64,000 nt of DNA from Octopus vulgaris (GCA_951406725.2 OX597836.1:22196001-22260000); one strand, 5' to 3'; counted from the stretch's first letter, positions 14,658 to 25,640 are shown. Made by a program: numbers and translations. The notes: generated from the sequence alone by a model not told the origin.

Positions 14658-15782
14658 CGGCGTACGTACACTTTGGTGTACCTCTCTCTCTCTCTCTATA
14701 TATATATATATGTGTGTGTGTTTGTCCTCTACCACCGCTTGACAACTGTGTTTGTCTCCCTTCACTGCTTGAAAATTAGTGTTGGTTTGTTTGCGTCCCT
14801 GTAACTTAACAGTCCAGCTTTCTTCACTCATGTTTATGTTTTGGGTTTTGAATTTTAATGTGGCTTTGTATTATATATGTATCGTATACATACGGGTCAT
14901 ATATGTAATTATTATTTCTGTGGGTAGTAAAAAACAAATAACATAAAGCATAGAAAAGAAAAAAAAGAGTTTCAAAACAACCACCTTTGTCATCATAGAA
15001 CCAACCAGAGGCAGTTTGAAATGAGTTGGTTATTTAAGCGAGTTAAAGGGGAGATAATATACTAAAGGGAGATAATTAGCGAATGTCTTCAATAAATCCA
15101 ACTGAATAATGTGAGTTGCAGCATATTTAGGTATTATATGGCTATCATGCGTTTTAAGTATCTTTTATGACTTGTTTTTTCCTTTTAATTATTTGTTTTT
15201 TCACTGAAATTCGAGATAAAACAAGAAGGCGATGAGTGTGAAAACCAAAACAAACTTTTGAAATTGTTACTGAAATCCAAACTCGAAATTGAAAGATGTA
15301 GAGTAGACTGGAACAGAATTTAAAATTTAAAATTTGAAATTTAGTTTTACTCATTTTGGCATCTTTTATCCCATTCTAAAATTAGAAAATACATTGGAAT
15401 GTACATAGGTTTCAAATTTTGGCACAAGACCAACAATTTCAAGGTATGCAGATTATATTGATCCAAGGGTTCAAAAAGTTAAAAGGTGAAGTTGACCCCG
15501 TTGGCATTTGAACACAAAACGAAGTCAGAAGAAATGCTACTAAGAACTTTTCCTATCATGGTAACGATTCTGCCAGCTCACCACCTTAAAGTTAGTCAAT
15601 GAATAGAAATGTGCTGTATACATAATATCAATAGACGTTATAGGCGTAGGAGTGGCTGTGTGGTAAGTAGCTTGCTTTGCAACCACATGGTTCTGGGTTC
15701 AGTCCCACTGCATAGCACCTTGCACAAGTGAGTGGATTTGGTAGAGGGACACTGAAAGAAGCCCATCGTTTATATGTGTGTG

Positions 15783-15813
<31 letters not shown>

Positions 15814-16390
15814 ATATGTTTGTGTGTCTTTGTTTGTCCCCCCAACATTGCTTGACAACTGATACTGGTGTGTTTAGGTCCCTGTAAGTTAGCAGTTCGG
15901 CAAAAGAGACCGATAGAATAAGTACTAGGCTTACAAAGAATAAGTCCTGCGGTCGATTTGCTCGACTAAAGGCAGTGCTCTAGCATGGCCACAGTCAAAT
16001 GACTGAAACAATTAAAAGAGAGAGTTTGTGGGGGAAAAAACAAGATTTCAAAATCAATTGCTACATAAACAATGACAACAAATTCGATCTTTTCAATAAT
16101 AACACACTGGAGACCGAGGCAAACAAATATGACAAAATAATGGCACTTAATATTTCTTGTGGTTGTACATGTAAGGCCTTGTTTATGAGGTGTGTCTACG
16201 TACCTGTGTTTGTGAGGTGAAGAAGTGTGCTCTGGAGTCTCTCGTATATGTTCAGGGATATTCTCGATTTCATTCGATCTTATGATTGCGTTCTCTTCCA
16301 CACCTTCTCCTTTGCTAAGGATCGGTTCAGAATATTTGCGGTCCATCGCGAAGGTGGGAGAGTCTCTCACATCTCCGTTCTTAAACGAGT
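1059..16390 (-). CDS. FARP: FERM, ARHGEF and pleckstrin domain-containing protein (FARP1/FARP2/Cdep orthologue), partial: 11 exons covering linker, DH domain and start of PH1; open at both ends
   Basis: Exons 16204-16390, 13720-13957, 10732-10821, 9260-9387, 8427-8508, 6911-7097, 5758-5808, 5035-5093, 4274-4345, 2909-2977 and 1059-1148 all have GT-AG ends and compatible phases, and join without stops. Peptides [64 protein letters not shown] and [10 protein letters not shown] match remembered FARP1/2 sequences. Confidence 0.95.
1685..1862 (+). mobile_element. Tc1/mariner 3' end remnant
   Basis: Encodes ..[16 protein letters not shown], like a mariner/Tc1 transposase C-terminus, and ends ..tgcaccctg followed by TA. 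Confidence 0.55.
2272..2722 (+). mobile_element. Interspersed retroposon (SINE-like) with (GAT)n tail; related pieces at ~12205-12360, 12870-13020, 22050-22170, 22534-22700, 27645-28020, 35790-35950 and 63640-63725
   Basis: Recurring block ggttggcgttaggaagggcatccag..catgctagcatggaaaacggatgttaaacgatgatgatg seen in both orientations. Confidence 0.8.
2909..2977 (-). CDS. FARP: FARP exon, PH1 ([23 protein letters not shown])
   Basis: tatttgcag| ... TTG|gtaagt; 69 nt. Confidence 0.97.
3040..3428 (-). mobile_element. tRNA-derived CORE-type SINE, full length
   Basis: Reverse complement of the family at 7369-7775. Confidence 0.85.
3815..4198 (+). mobile_element. tRNA-derived SINE, full length, with 15-bp TSD; other copies at ~14075-14345, 19455-19780 and 50055-50360 (-)
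   Basis: A-box tggcccagtgg and B-box-like gtttcgattcc; TSD atatatctatgtgtg at 3800-3814 and 4199-4213. Confidence 0.88.
4274..4345 (-). CDS. FARP: FARP exon, DH-PH junction ([24 protein letters not shown])
   Basis: atttttcag| ... AGG|gtgagt; 72 nt. Confidence 0.96.
4625..4895. repeat. Degenerate ~28-bp tandem repeat (about 9-10 units) in a FARP intron
   Basis: Recurrent unit approximately ttctcaatgcaacactgcacccaacatg. Confidence 0.75.
5035..5093 (-). CDS. FARP: FARP exon, DH end ([20 protein letters not shown])
   Basis: tttttacag| ... GTG|gtaagt; 59 nt; phases fit both neighbours. Confidence 0.9.
5758..5808 (-). CDS. FARP: FARP exon, DH ([17 protein letters not shown])
   Basis: ttattttcag| ... 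G|gtaacg; 51 nt; HPDY motif. Confidence 0.95.
6911..7097 (-). CDS. FARP: FARP exon, DH ([38 protein letters not shown])
   Basis: ggttttcag| ... A|gtaagt; 187 nt; [10 protein letters not shown] signature. Confidence 0.97.
7369..7775 (+). mobile_element. tRNA-derived CORE-type SINE; more copies at ~5392-5680, 15641-16022, 20678-21105, 24641-25075, 25817-26198, 28100-28490, 28690-29088, 44684-45330, 48062-48205 and 53250-53510
   Basis: tRNA-like head (gtggctgtgtggt..ggttcagtcc), CORE-like ccttgggcaagtgtctt, internal TA/TG microsatellite and tail gactgaaacaagtaaaagag. Confidence 0.88.
7902..8381. mobile_element. hAT (Charlie/MER5-like) MITE with a SINE inserted at ~8122-8294
   Basis: TIRs CAGTGCTACTCAAA / TTTGAGAAGCACTG; degenerate 8-bp TSD gtgtagag / gtgtaacg. 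Confidence 0.7.
8427..8508 (-). CDS. FARP: FARP exon, DH ([27 protein letters not shown])
   Basis: ttctttacag| ... CCT|gtaagt; 82 nt; completes the W codon; WEG..IG.V.L pattern. Confidence 0.92.
8775..9154 (+). mobile_element. 5'-truncated RTE-clade (BovB-like) LINE
   Basis: [22 protein letters not shown]..(frameshift)..[47 protein letters not shown]; (GA)n tail; 11-bp TSD agtcttaagcc at 8764-8774 and 9155-9165. Confidence 0.92.
9260..9387 (-). CDS. FARP: FARP exon, DH ([43 protein letters not shown])
   Basis: ttattttcag| ... TG|gtaact; 128 nt; FH..F...IEQR motif. Confidence 0.93.
10336..10591. mobile_element. piggyBac-type MITE
   Basis: TTAA on both sides; TIR CCCCTTACCC / GGGTAAGGGG; CpG-containing subterminal palindromes. 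Confidence 0.85.
10732..10821 (-). CDS. FARP: FARP exon, DH start ([30 protein letters not shown])
   Basis: ttttccag| ... CAG|gtttgt; 90 nt; resembles FARP RFPTDKAYFIAKEVSTTERTYLKDLEVIT. Confidence 0.95.
11010..11508. mobile_element. Composite non-autonomous TIR element; second copy at ~26210-26890
   Basis: The two copies are colinear, with long imperfect inverted arms. In copy 2, ccttcaaactttgcttttgtcac / gtgacaaaagcaaagtttgaagg are perfectly complementary. Confidence 0.6.
13720..13957 (-). CDS. FARP: FARP exon, Pro-rich linker ([35 protein letters not shown]); alternative donor would end it at 13708
   Basis: Acceptor tcattacag; GC-rich open frame; donor AGG|gttagt in phase 0, fitting the first DH exon. 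Confidence 0.88.
16204..16390 (-). CDS. FARP: FARP exon, linker (..[29 protein letters not shown])
   Basis: Acceptor ttttttccag and donor CAG|gtacgt; 187 nt, open; phase 2 end joins the next exon in frame. The linker is poorly conserved, so support is splice sites and phase. Confidence 0.8.
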
Positions 16391-16756
16391 CTGGAAAAAA
16401 AAGAAAGAAAAGGGACCAACATTAATAATGGTTTCAAATTTTGGAACAAGGTTAGCTGATTTAAGAAGAAAGGGTAAGTTGATTTACATGAAACCCAGTA
16501 TTTTAACAAATACTTATTTTATCAACTCTGAAAGGATGAAAGTCAAAGTCGACCTTGGCAGAATCTGAAATCTGTAAATAAAAGGTTGAAGAATTGTTGC
16601 TGAGTATTTTGTCCAACTCATTGCTACCACTACTACTATTAATAATAATCCCTTATACTGTAGGCACAAGGCATGAAATCTTGTGGGGAGGGGCCTAGTC
16701 AATTACATCAACCCCAGTACTCAACAGGAACTTATTTCATTGACTCTGAAAAGAGA

Positions 16757-16995
16757 TGTCATCATGTACAGAGCGAACCAGGTCCACCTGTGCCCTCCAC
16801 AGTCGATTGTCCCATACCAGCTCCTCTACATCCTCCAAGGTGATATCAAGCCTCTGTAGGTCTTCCAGCCCACAACTGCTGTGTTGAATGAGAGTAAAGC
16901 CCAGGTAGGATGATCTTGCAGGAGGTGGAGGACATATCTGTACCAGCACATGTAACAGATGGCTGTAAGGTGGGGGGCTGCAGGCTAATGTGTGC
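16757..16995 (-). mobile_element. Degenerate RTE-like LINE 3' fragment
   Basis: Translation ..DLQRLDITLEDVEELVWDNRLWRAQVDLVRSVHD resembles RTE ORF C-termini. Confidence 0.55.
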
Positions 16996-17649
16996 TTATA
17001 TCTTTCAATAAATTTTAGAAATAATCAAGAATTTGAAAGGATTTAGTAAAATTTCTAGGAAGACATGTGTAGTGGTTTGAGTGTTAGGTTGACAATCATT
17101 CGACTGCATTGTCAATTCTCAGACTGGGTAGTGTGTTATCTCCTTGACCAAGGCACTTCATTTTACATTGTTTCATGAGTCTCAGAAATAGATGGGTGGA
17201 GTGAGTCTAACTTCATGACAGACTGGCATTCTGTTCAAACACACTAATCCATCACCAGATGCTCTTCCATTCTCAGTCACTCAATCACCATGGAAACTTG
17301 AACGAGTTCCAACCTAATGAACTGGTAGGCTTGAGAGAGATTTCAAGTAAAATTTTCCTTCATAATTATGTTGGTCTGAGGAACATCTTTTAATGGTAAA
17401 CTCTACCAGAGAACTATTAAGTTCCATTATAAGAGTTTCTTTATTGGTCTTGAAAGAACAAAAGTCAATGTTGACCTGAACAGAATTTGAACTCAAGGTT
17501 CAAGGAATCGGGACAAATTACTCTAAGTCATTCTATACTACTCTCTAGCAACTCTGCTAATGGCTGTCCACTTATGACTGAGGAAGATCATCACTGACCA
17601 TTAAGAACATTGTGAACACAGACAAAATTATTCTTTACACTAAGAAATG

Positions 17650-18150
17650 TTCACTTTTCCTTTTGACTCCTCTATTGGTGGTGATGACAAGCATTGTTTC
17701 CCTAACTGATGTCCCATGTTTCTCATCTTCAACAAGAATTTTACACAATCCTTATATTGTAGTTTTGGTTTCTACTGGGGGCATTTTCCAAGAAGTTCAC
17801 CACATAGCATCTGCAGAAGAATTTTCCGACCATTCATTCAAACAAAGTATCCAATCCAATGTAAACAGTGCCTGTACACTATCACTTCAAGGCTCATGAC
17901 GTCAGCTCCCCTCAAGATATCAGGATGTCTCTGATGGGGGAAGGGGGTTCAAGGGCACTTACATGTTGCCCAGATAAGGTCCAGCACATCAGTACACGTA
18001 TGTGGTACACAACAACTTTTGTTTATCTTGTGATGCTATGTTGGGATCATGCACAAGACTCAACGGCCCTGAAGGAATCAATTGCCTTCAACATATTTCA
18101 TCACCCAATTGGTCTTGCTATAAAAATCATATCCCTTGTTCCTCCACCAG
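17650..18150 (-). mobile_element. Highly degenerate RTE LINE fragments
   Basis: GTRDMIFIAR (RT motif) near 18.1 kb; HCLHWIGYFV*MNGRKILLQMLCGEL..KPKLQYKDCVK near 17.8 kb. Confidence 0.6.
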
Positions 18151-18506
18151 AACAGAAGTCACATTGAGATTCAGGTAGAATGTCGTTTACAAGGTATTTA
18201 TTTATTCGAGCAGGTAAAAAGAATACTTGCCAGAACCTCCTTTTTATTTCGTCTTACAAATCCATTTACCCAAGGTTCCACGCAGTGGGACTGAAACTGA
18301 AATCCCATGGTTGCAAAGTGAACTTCTTAATTTCACAGCCAAGACCACGCCTGTTATTTATTGGTGGGTTTAAGAACCATTAAAATGGAAACTTGAAGTT
18401 CCTGATACACAGTTACCTAGGCATCCCCAGGTCACTGTGACCCAGACTTGAATCACAGGGTTGCAGACCAAGTAGATAGATATTTAAATTGTATTTTGTT
18501 TTAAGT

Positions 18507-18539
<33 letters not shown>

Positions 18540-18540
<1 letters not shown>

Positions 18541-19250
18541 GTTGAGAGTCAGAAAAAAACGAGGTGATTTTTGGTACGAAACATACTGAAACTTTTGAAC
18601 ATCAATTGCCAGGACTACAATAATATATCGATACCATAACGCACCTGATATATAAAAATCAACGAATAGATACTACTGTACTTATAATTCGACCATTTAT
18701 TTTTTTATTATGTAAATTTTCCGTAAATAAACTAGAAAATAAATATGAAACAAAGGGCGATAATTTGAGCGCAATTGCCTCAATGGAATAGTTATACTAT
18801 TCCATCAGAGTTACTTCCCTTACACACTAAAAAAAAAAAAATCTCTTAAAGCTTGATTTATTTAAACTTTTTGCAGCTGTTAATTTTCGTATATAAAGCC
18901 AAGGAGAATAAAGAAAATACTGAAAGGAAGACACTGCAAGGATCAAAATGGATATACACCGCACGCATAAAATGGCCAAGAAGAAAAGATTTGGGCCTTT
19001 TGATTTTGCGAAGAGGGACAGCTATGTAGAGAGAAGACCATTCGGACATGACGTGCTTCAGGTTAACTTGGCGAAGCAGAATTATCTGCCCTTGCCATCA
19101 AGCCTTTAAGACCCCCCCCCCCCCCTACTACCACCGCTAGAGAAGCTCTTGTATCAGGCATGCCTTTCCCAGTTCATAAATTTAACCGCATTCAGTCAGC
19201 GTGTAATAATATCTGAGATATATTGTTGTGAAAATGTTCTAACGTAATCA
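18540..19250. promoter_or_regulatory. Candidate promoter/enhancer (CpG-retaining unique sequence)
   Basis: About 20 CpG in 700 bp against few in the flanks; TATCGATA (DRE-like) at 18626-18633; TGACGT near 19049; three AAGGG-N1-2-RTAAYT motifs. Confidence 0.4.
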
Positions 19251-20029
19251 GACAATTTAATTAAACCCTAACTTGAAGATGTAACATAGTTTTAATATTT
19301 ACTTGCTCCCACTAGGTCATAAGTGAATACAGCAGAGATAAAATATTCTATTTTGCCTTTTTTCTTCAGTGGTGGTACTTAAACCATTTGGAGGCCGTTA
19401 ACAGCCCACTAAAGATGGTTGATTGTCAGTTGTTAAAGCATAAGGTTAAATTGTAGTGAAGGCGCGTGGCTTAGTGGTTAGAGTATTCAGCTCACGGTTG
19501 CAAGGTCGTGAGTTCGATTCTTGGCGATGCATTGTATCCTTGAGCAAGACACTTTATTTCAAGTTGCTCCAGTTCACCCAGCTGGCAAAAACGAGTTGTA
19601 CCTTTAATTCAAAAGGCCTGCCTTTTCACATTCTGTGTCACACTGAATCCCCCTGACGGCTACATTAAAAATACATGTGTCTGTGGAGTACTCGGCCACC
19701 TGCACATTAATTTGTTAAGGAGGCTGTTCTATTGGTCAGATAAACTGGAACCGTTGTTGTCATAAGCGGCAGAGTACCAGTTTGATTAAATTTCGTTGTA
19801 GTGTTTGTTCTGGCTCTCAGCATTTTAAGATCCAATCTTGCTAAAGCCAACTTTCCCTTTCGTCTTCTTGAGTATTGGTAAAGGAACCACCAACTGGGTG
19901 CTGGTGCAGCTCCCTCTTCTATCACCTGTTACATCCTGGATGTTTAGCTGGGTAAGAGCGTGATAGGATGGTTTTGGGGAGTATGTGTGAGGGGTAAAGG
20001 GGTGTCTGTGTTTGTATAACCTTACAACT

Positions 20030-20257
20030 ATGTATTTCTTTACTACCCACAAGGGGCTAAACAAAGAGGGGACAAACAAGGACAGACAAACGGATTAAGT
20101 CGATTACATCGACCCCAGTGTGTAACTGGTACTTAATTTATCGACCCCGAAAGGATGAAAGGCAAAGTCGACCTCGGCGGAATTTGAACTCAGAACGTAA
20201 CGGCAGACGAAATACAGCTACGCATTTCGCCCGGCGTGCTAACGTTTCTGCCAGCTC
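20030..20257 (-). mobile_element. tRNA-derived SINE with conserved central block gcctttcatcctttcggggtcgataaattaagtaccag; at least 25 copies in the window (e.g. 20-241, 9893-10097, 29160-29375, 31693-31910(+), 35345-35579, 42190-42395, 44070-44288, 46945-47175, 53918-54105)
   Basis: Near-identical dispersed copies; head (aaggcggc)gagctggcagaa..gagttcaaattcc with A/B-box-like motifs. The central block resembles the Meta-SINE domain as I remember it. Confidence 0.85.
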
Positions 20258-21404
20258 ATTTCTTACAACTATGTGTGGACCTAAAACAATTGGCAAATGT
20301 ATGGTATATGCTACCAAGCCATCATTTATTGTAAGAGATGACTGGTGAGGTGGCTGTAAAGGCTTGTGACCCAGAGGTTAAAGCTTTAGGCTCGCAATCA
20401 TGAATGACTGCAATCTTGGACTGGGCTGCACATCATATGACGATATATACTTTTAAATCTTTTGCTTCAGTCACTGGACTGTGGCTTTGCTGGGGCATCA
20501 CCTTGAAGGGTTTGGTCAAACATATCAACTACGATAATCTGGCTGAATTGAACAGCTGAGTTGTGAGAATGTAAACAAATCAATATTGATTGTCAAACGA
20601 TGGAGGGACAAACACACATACACACACAATACACATGTGCACACAGTTTCTGTTTATCAAATTAAAAAGGTATATGTGTATGCATGGCTGTGTGGTAAGA
20701 AGTTTGCTTCTCGGCCACATGGTTCTGAGTTCAGTTCCACTGCATGGCACCTTGGGCAAGTGTCTTCCACTAGAGCCTTGGGCCAGCCAAAGCCTTGTGA
20801 GTGGATTTGGTAAACAGAAACTGAAAGAAACCTGTCATATGTATGTATGTATGTATATAAATATACACATATATGTGTGTGTCTTTGTTTGTCCCCCCCC
20901 CACTGCTTGAAAACCAGCGTTGGTGTGTTTATATCCTTGTAACTTAGCAGTTAGGCAAAGAGACCAATAGAATAAATACCAGGCTTAACAAAAAAAAAAT
21001 AAAAATAATAATAATAATAAGTACAGGGGTCAGTTCATTCGACTAAAAGTTCTTCAACGCAGTGCCCCAGCATGGCCAGTCCAATGACTGAAACAGATAA
21101 GTGATGAAAGAAAAGATTCTGGGTAACAGGAGACAATTATCCACTGGTAGATGGAAGAGATACCCATAGATCCTATATCATCATCATCATCATCACCACC
21201 ATCATCAACAGGTAGAGTGTAAAAGCAAAAAATAGTTAGTGATTATCATAATCGTATGTGTGTGTGTGTGTGCGGGGGGGGGGGATGGTATGGGTGATGA
21301 GGTTCAGTGTTGAAATGTAGCATGATGGGGAGTTGTTGATGTATGACAAAAAAAGACTTGGCTGAATATTGAACAGCTGAAGCAAGGATCAATATTAGAT
21401 TAAA

Positions 21405-21770
21405 CTAGCACTATGACCTGGCAACGCCGGGTCATAGTGCTAGTGCATGCATATACAGCTGTGTGCGTGCGCACATACACGCGAGTACTGTCCAAATCTC
21501 CGACCAATCACATACAGTTAGCTGGCATTCAATTGGCATATCAAGTTTAGGGCATTTTGATTGGGTTTTGGATAGAAAATTCACAAAAAAGTCACTTCTA
21601 TTGATTTTTTAATGGCTTTGCAGGGTGACTGAGGAAATGTAAAGATGTGCACGACCACCCTTGGACGGTTTTGAATGACCATAGAAAGTGCGAGCCCTCT
21701 AAATGAAAAATTGTGGATTTGTATAAAGGACACACACACACAGACATTTTGCTATTTATATATAGAGAGA
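21405..21770 (-). mobile_element. Non-autonomous Helitron-like element
   Basis: On the minus strand it starts A|TC (TCTCTCTATATATAAA) and ends CTAG|T with no TSD; terminal hairpin ACTAGCACTATGACC-n11-GGTCATAGTGCTAGT. Confidence 0.7.
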
Positions 21771-22443
21771 TTATAGGCAAAATGGCTGAAAATGAGGTAG
21801 TGGTAGTAGTAGCTATAGTAATGATAATATCTGTTTCAAAGTTTGGCACAGGGCCAGCAATTTTACAGGGAAGAGTTTAGTCAATTACAATAAACCCCCA
21901 GTATCTGACTGGTATTTTAGATTATCAACCTAGAAAGGATGAAAGGCACATTTGACCTTGGTGGGATCTGAGCTCAGAAGAAATGCTGCCAGACATTTTG
22001 TCCAACAGGCTAACAATTCTGCCAGTTTGCTACCTAATAATAATAATCATCATCATCATCATCGTTTAACGTCCGTTCTCCATGCTAGCATGGGTTGGAC
22101 GGTTCGACCGGGGATCTGGGAAGCCAGAAGGCTGCACCAGGCTCCAGTCTGATCTGGCAGTGTTTCTACAACTAATAATAATAATAATAATAATTTCAAG
22201 TTTTGGCACAAGGCCAGGAATTTTTGGGGGAGGGGGCAGGTCAGTTACATTGACCCCAGTGTTCGACTGGTACTCTTTTTTATTGACCCCAAAGGGATGA
22301 AAGGCGAAGTTAACATTGGTGGAATTTGAAGTCAAAATGGATGAAATTCCACCAAGCACTTTGTCCAGCATGCCAATGGCTCTGCCAGCTTACCACCTTA
22401 GTAATAATAATAATAGGCAGCGAGCTGGCAGAAACGTTAGCAA

Positions 22444-23278
22444 GCCGGAGTAGATACCCTAGATAAAATGATAAGGACATACACTTGCAAAAGAATGATT
22501 CGAAGCTGTCCTATGGTTATATTCTACAATATCATCATCATCATCATCATTGTTTAACGTCTGCTTTCCATGCTAGCATGGGTTGGACGATTTGACTGAG
22601 GGCTGGCAAACCAGATGGCTGCACCAGGCTTCAATCTTGATCTGGCAGAGTTTCTACAGCTGGATGCCCTTCCTAAGGCCAACCACTCCGAGAGTGTAGG
22701 ATTGATATAAATTCAGTGAATGCTTTCATTGTTGCTAAACAGCTTCACTTGTAAAGTTTCAAGGATAAAAGAAGACGGTGCCTAATTCAGTTTGGAAAGG
22801 AAATTGTCGGAGTTAATGCCAAACAAGAACATGACAGACAATCTTCTAGTTCAGCTAACATTTCTCAACCAAACAAGAAAAGACAATGATCTTCAACCTC
22901 GTTGGAGATTCCTCAGCCAAAGCAAAAATGAAGATGCTCTTCATGTAGCCCCAAAACAGACATGGAAACCCGTACTACATGTAAGAGCTGTAATATCCAT
23001 GTTTGCCAAGAACATCTCAATGTTGTCTGCATTGACTGCCATGAAAAGCTGTAATTCTATATTTTTGTCATTTTATAAATTTATAAATATATTCTGTAAG
23101 CTGTAATTATTCTTATTAAAATTTGCGAGAAACAGTAATTTTTCATTCACCTGGTATCATATATAATCTAGCTAAGAAGTAGTGGTGGTCTGAATAAGAT
23201 TTAATTAAAAGAAAAATATTGGGTCCATTGGACCCAGTTGGGGATTAGTGACGTACATTTTCCCTGGTAGACTAAAGG
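22444..23278 (+). mobile_element. piggyBac transposon 3' remnant (transposase pseudogene 22444-23054), interrupted by a retroposon at ~22534-22700
   Basis: AGVDTLDKMIRTYTCKRMIRSCPMVIFYNI|IDINSVNAFIV matches the third catalytic Asp region of piggyBac. Cys-rich tail RCSSCSPKTDMETRTTCKSCNIHVCQEHLNVVCIDCHEKL*; internal stops; subterminal palindrome gggtccattggaccc; degenerate end ..ctaaagg ttca. Confidence 0.9.
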
Positions 23279-24808
23279 TTCATTGAGAAAAAGGTGAACA
23301 GAAAGTGGGGGTTGGTGGGGTAACTGGAGGGCCACCTGAGGTTAATTAAGAAACTGTTCCAATATTATTTCACAATAATAAATACTAATGAGGATGACAA
23401 GTTTAAAACACAATAATAAAAAAAAAATGAACAAAAAAAATACATAATAGTAAAAAACTGTCAGCACTGTGATGGTGATGATGATGACAATGATAATGAT
23501 GATGATGGTGATTAGGACTCCGTTATTCAATATTGACTTTTTTTTTTTTGTTAAGAATGTAAGAAGTGATTTGAGGAAAATTGAGCTGTTACTTCTAGAA
23601 AGTTAAGCAATTACTTATAGGGCACCTTAATTGGCTTATGTTTGTTGTTGTTGTAGTTTGGTGCTAGCTTTATTTTCTGACATAGTGTATCTAGGATTAC
23701 ATTATTCAATGCTTCTTTTCTTTATATCTAAATACCAGGGCGTGATTTGTGGGAAGTTTGACTGAAATTTCTAGCAGGTCATTCAGATATTTCATGGTTC
23801 CTTTGTTGTGTTTGTCCCTCCTCAGCTTCCCTACACCTTTTTCTCCTACTTAGTGTGTGAATATATATATATATATATATATAGAAATATGTATGTGGAT
23901 ATGCATGTATGTATGTACACACACACACACACACACACACATATGAAGGGCATCATCCAGTTTCCAAAACCAAATCCACTCACAAGATGTTACACTGTAG
24001 GACTCATCCATACAGCCACACCTGTATGTATGTATGAATGTATGTGTATATATGTGTGTGTATATATGGATGCATACACATACAATCACCAGGGTTCAGA
24101 TTCAATCCTGGTACCTGGCATCTGGGGTCAGTATCTTTTACCAGGGTGCTCAGGTCCACCAAAGCTTTGTGTGTAAAACTGCATAGATGGAAGCCTACGT
24201 GGAAGCACAAACAGACACACGAATGTATGTATACGCACACACACACACACACACACAAGCATATAAGCATATATAAAACACATGCATGTACACACACACA
24301 CACATAACTCCTGATACGTCTAATGTTGTGCATGTGTGTGAATGTGTGTGTGTGTGTGTGTTCATGCATGCAAGTGAATAGGGTGGAAAGCAAGGGAAAT
24401 TAAGAAATGCATGACAGAAGAAAAGAAATTCATCAATTCATGGAAGTGTGTGAAGTTAAGCTTGTAATATATTTATTTACACCCATTTAATTCATTACCC
24501 ATGTCTGCTGTAATATCTTTGATCATTGGTCTGTTTGAACAGAGCAGGCTTAGGGTTAACGACAACAACAGCAACAACAAATAATGGCTCAAGAAAATAC
24601 TAGAAACAGTTGCCAGTTGTGGGGCTGAAAATAATGTTACATAGGCACAGGCATGGCTGTGAGGTTAAGAAGCCTGCTTAGCAACAAAGTGGTTTCAGGT
24701 TCAGTCCCACTGTACAGCACCTTGGGCTAGTGTCTTCTACTACAGCCCTCGGCTGACCAATGCCTTCCAAATGAATTTTGTGACAAAAACTATTATGAGA
24801 AAACTCTT

Positions 24809-24840
<32 letters not shown>

Positions 24841-25239
24841 TACATACACACACATGCATACATACACATATACACACATACATACACACACACGTGTGTC
24901 TCTGACCTCCACTACCACTTGACAACTGATGTTGGTTTGTTTATGTCCCCATAGCTTAGTGATTTGGCAAAAGAGACAGAGAGAATATACACCTGACTTA
25001 AAGGGAAAATAAGTACAGAGGTCAAGTTAATTGATTGAACCCTTCTAAAAGAGATATATAGAAACAGATAAAGAGGAAAAAGAAATCAGAATACAACTCT
25101 CCTCTTATTGTTAATATTGTCAGGATATGGTTAGTTGTGCCAATTTGGAATACCATGATGGCATTTCTATGGCAGAAATAGAGGGTCATGAATTTGGTGG
25201 TGCTACTTTGGGGCTGCTATCCTGATGCCTGCAAACTTA

Positions 25240-25640
25240 CTCTGGAGGATACAAGAGACGATTAGTCAGGACTGCGGCTCTAACTACATGACACGAAAAT
25301 GACATTCTACTAGATCTCCTGGCAGAAATGTTGGTGGTGGTGGTGTGTGTGTGTGTGTTGGGGAGAGGGGAAACCTGTTTGGTCACCAACCCTAGCCAGA
25401 GTAGATACATTTTACAGGACCTTTTGCAGCAAAGGGAGTCAATTAGGACTGCAACCCTAACTGCATGACATGGAAGCGACATTCTATTGGACTTCTTGGC
25501 AGAAAATCGTGGAAAGGACCTATTTGGACACCAACCCTAGCCATTGTAGACATATTTTAATGGACCTTCTGGTAGCAGGGGAGAATCCGTTGGGAGTGCA
25601 GCCCTAACCAATAGTAGTGACAATCTACTGGAACTTCATG
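25240..25640. repeat. Degenerate tandem triplication, period ~150-180 bp
   Basis: aggactgc..ctaact..gacattcta..ggcagaaa recurs at ~25268, 25445 and 25592; caccaaccctagcca recurs at ~25384 and 25529. Confidence 0.6.

Noticed and set aside
18948-19109. 53-aa plus-strand ORF (MDIHRTHKMAKKKRFG..)
   Set aside because: No recognisable domain and no supporting exons; more simply chance within a CpG-rich region.
22792-23106. Supplied 104-aa ORF as a gene
   Set aside because: Off-frame reading of the piggyBac transposase remnant.
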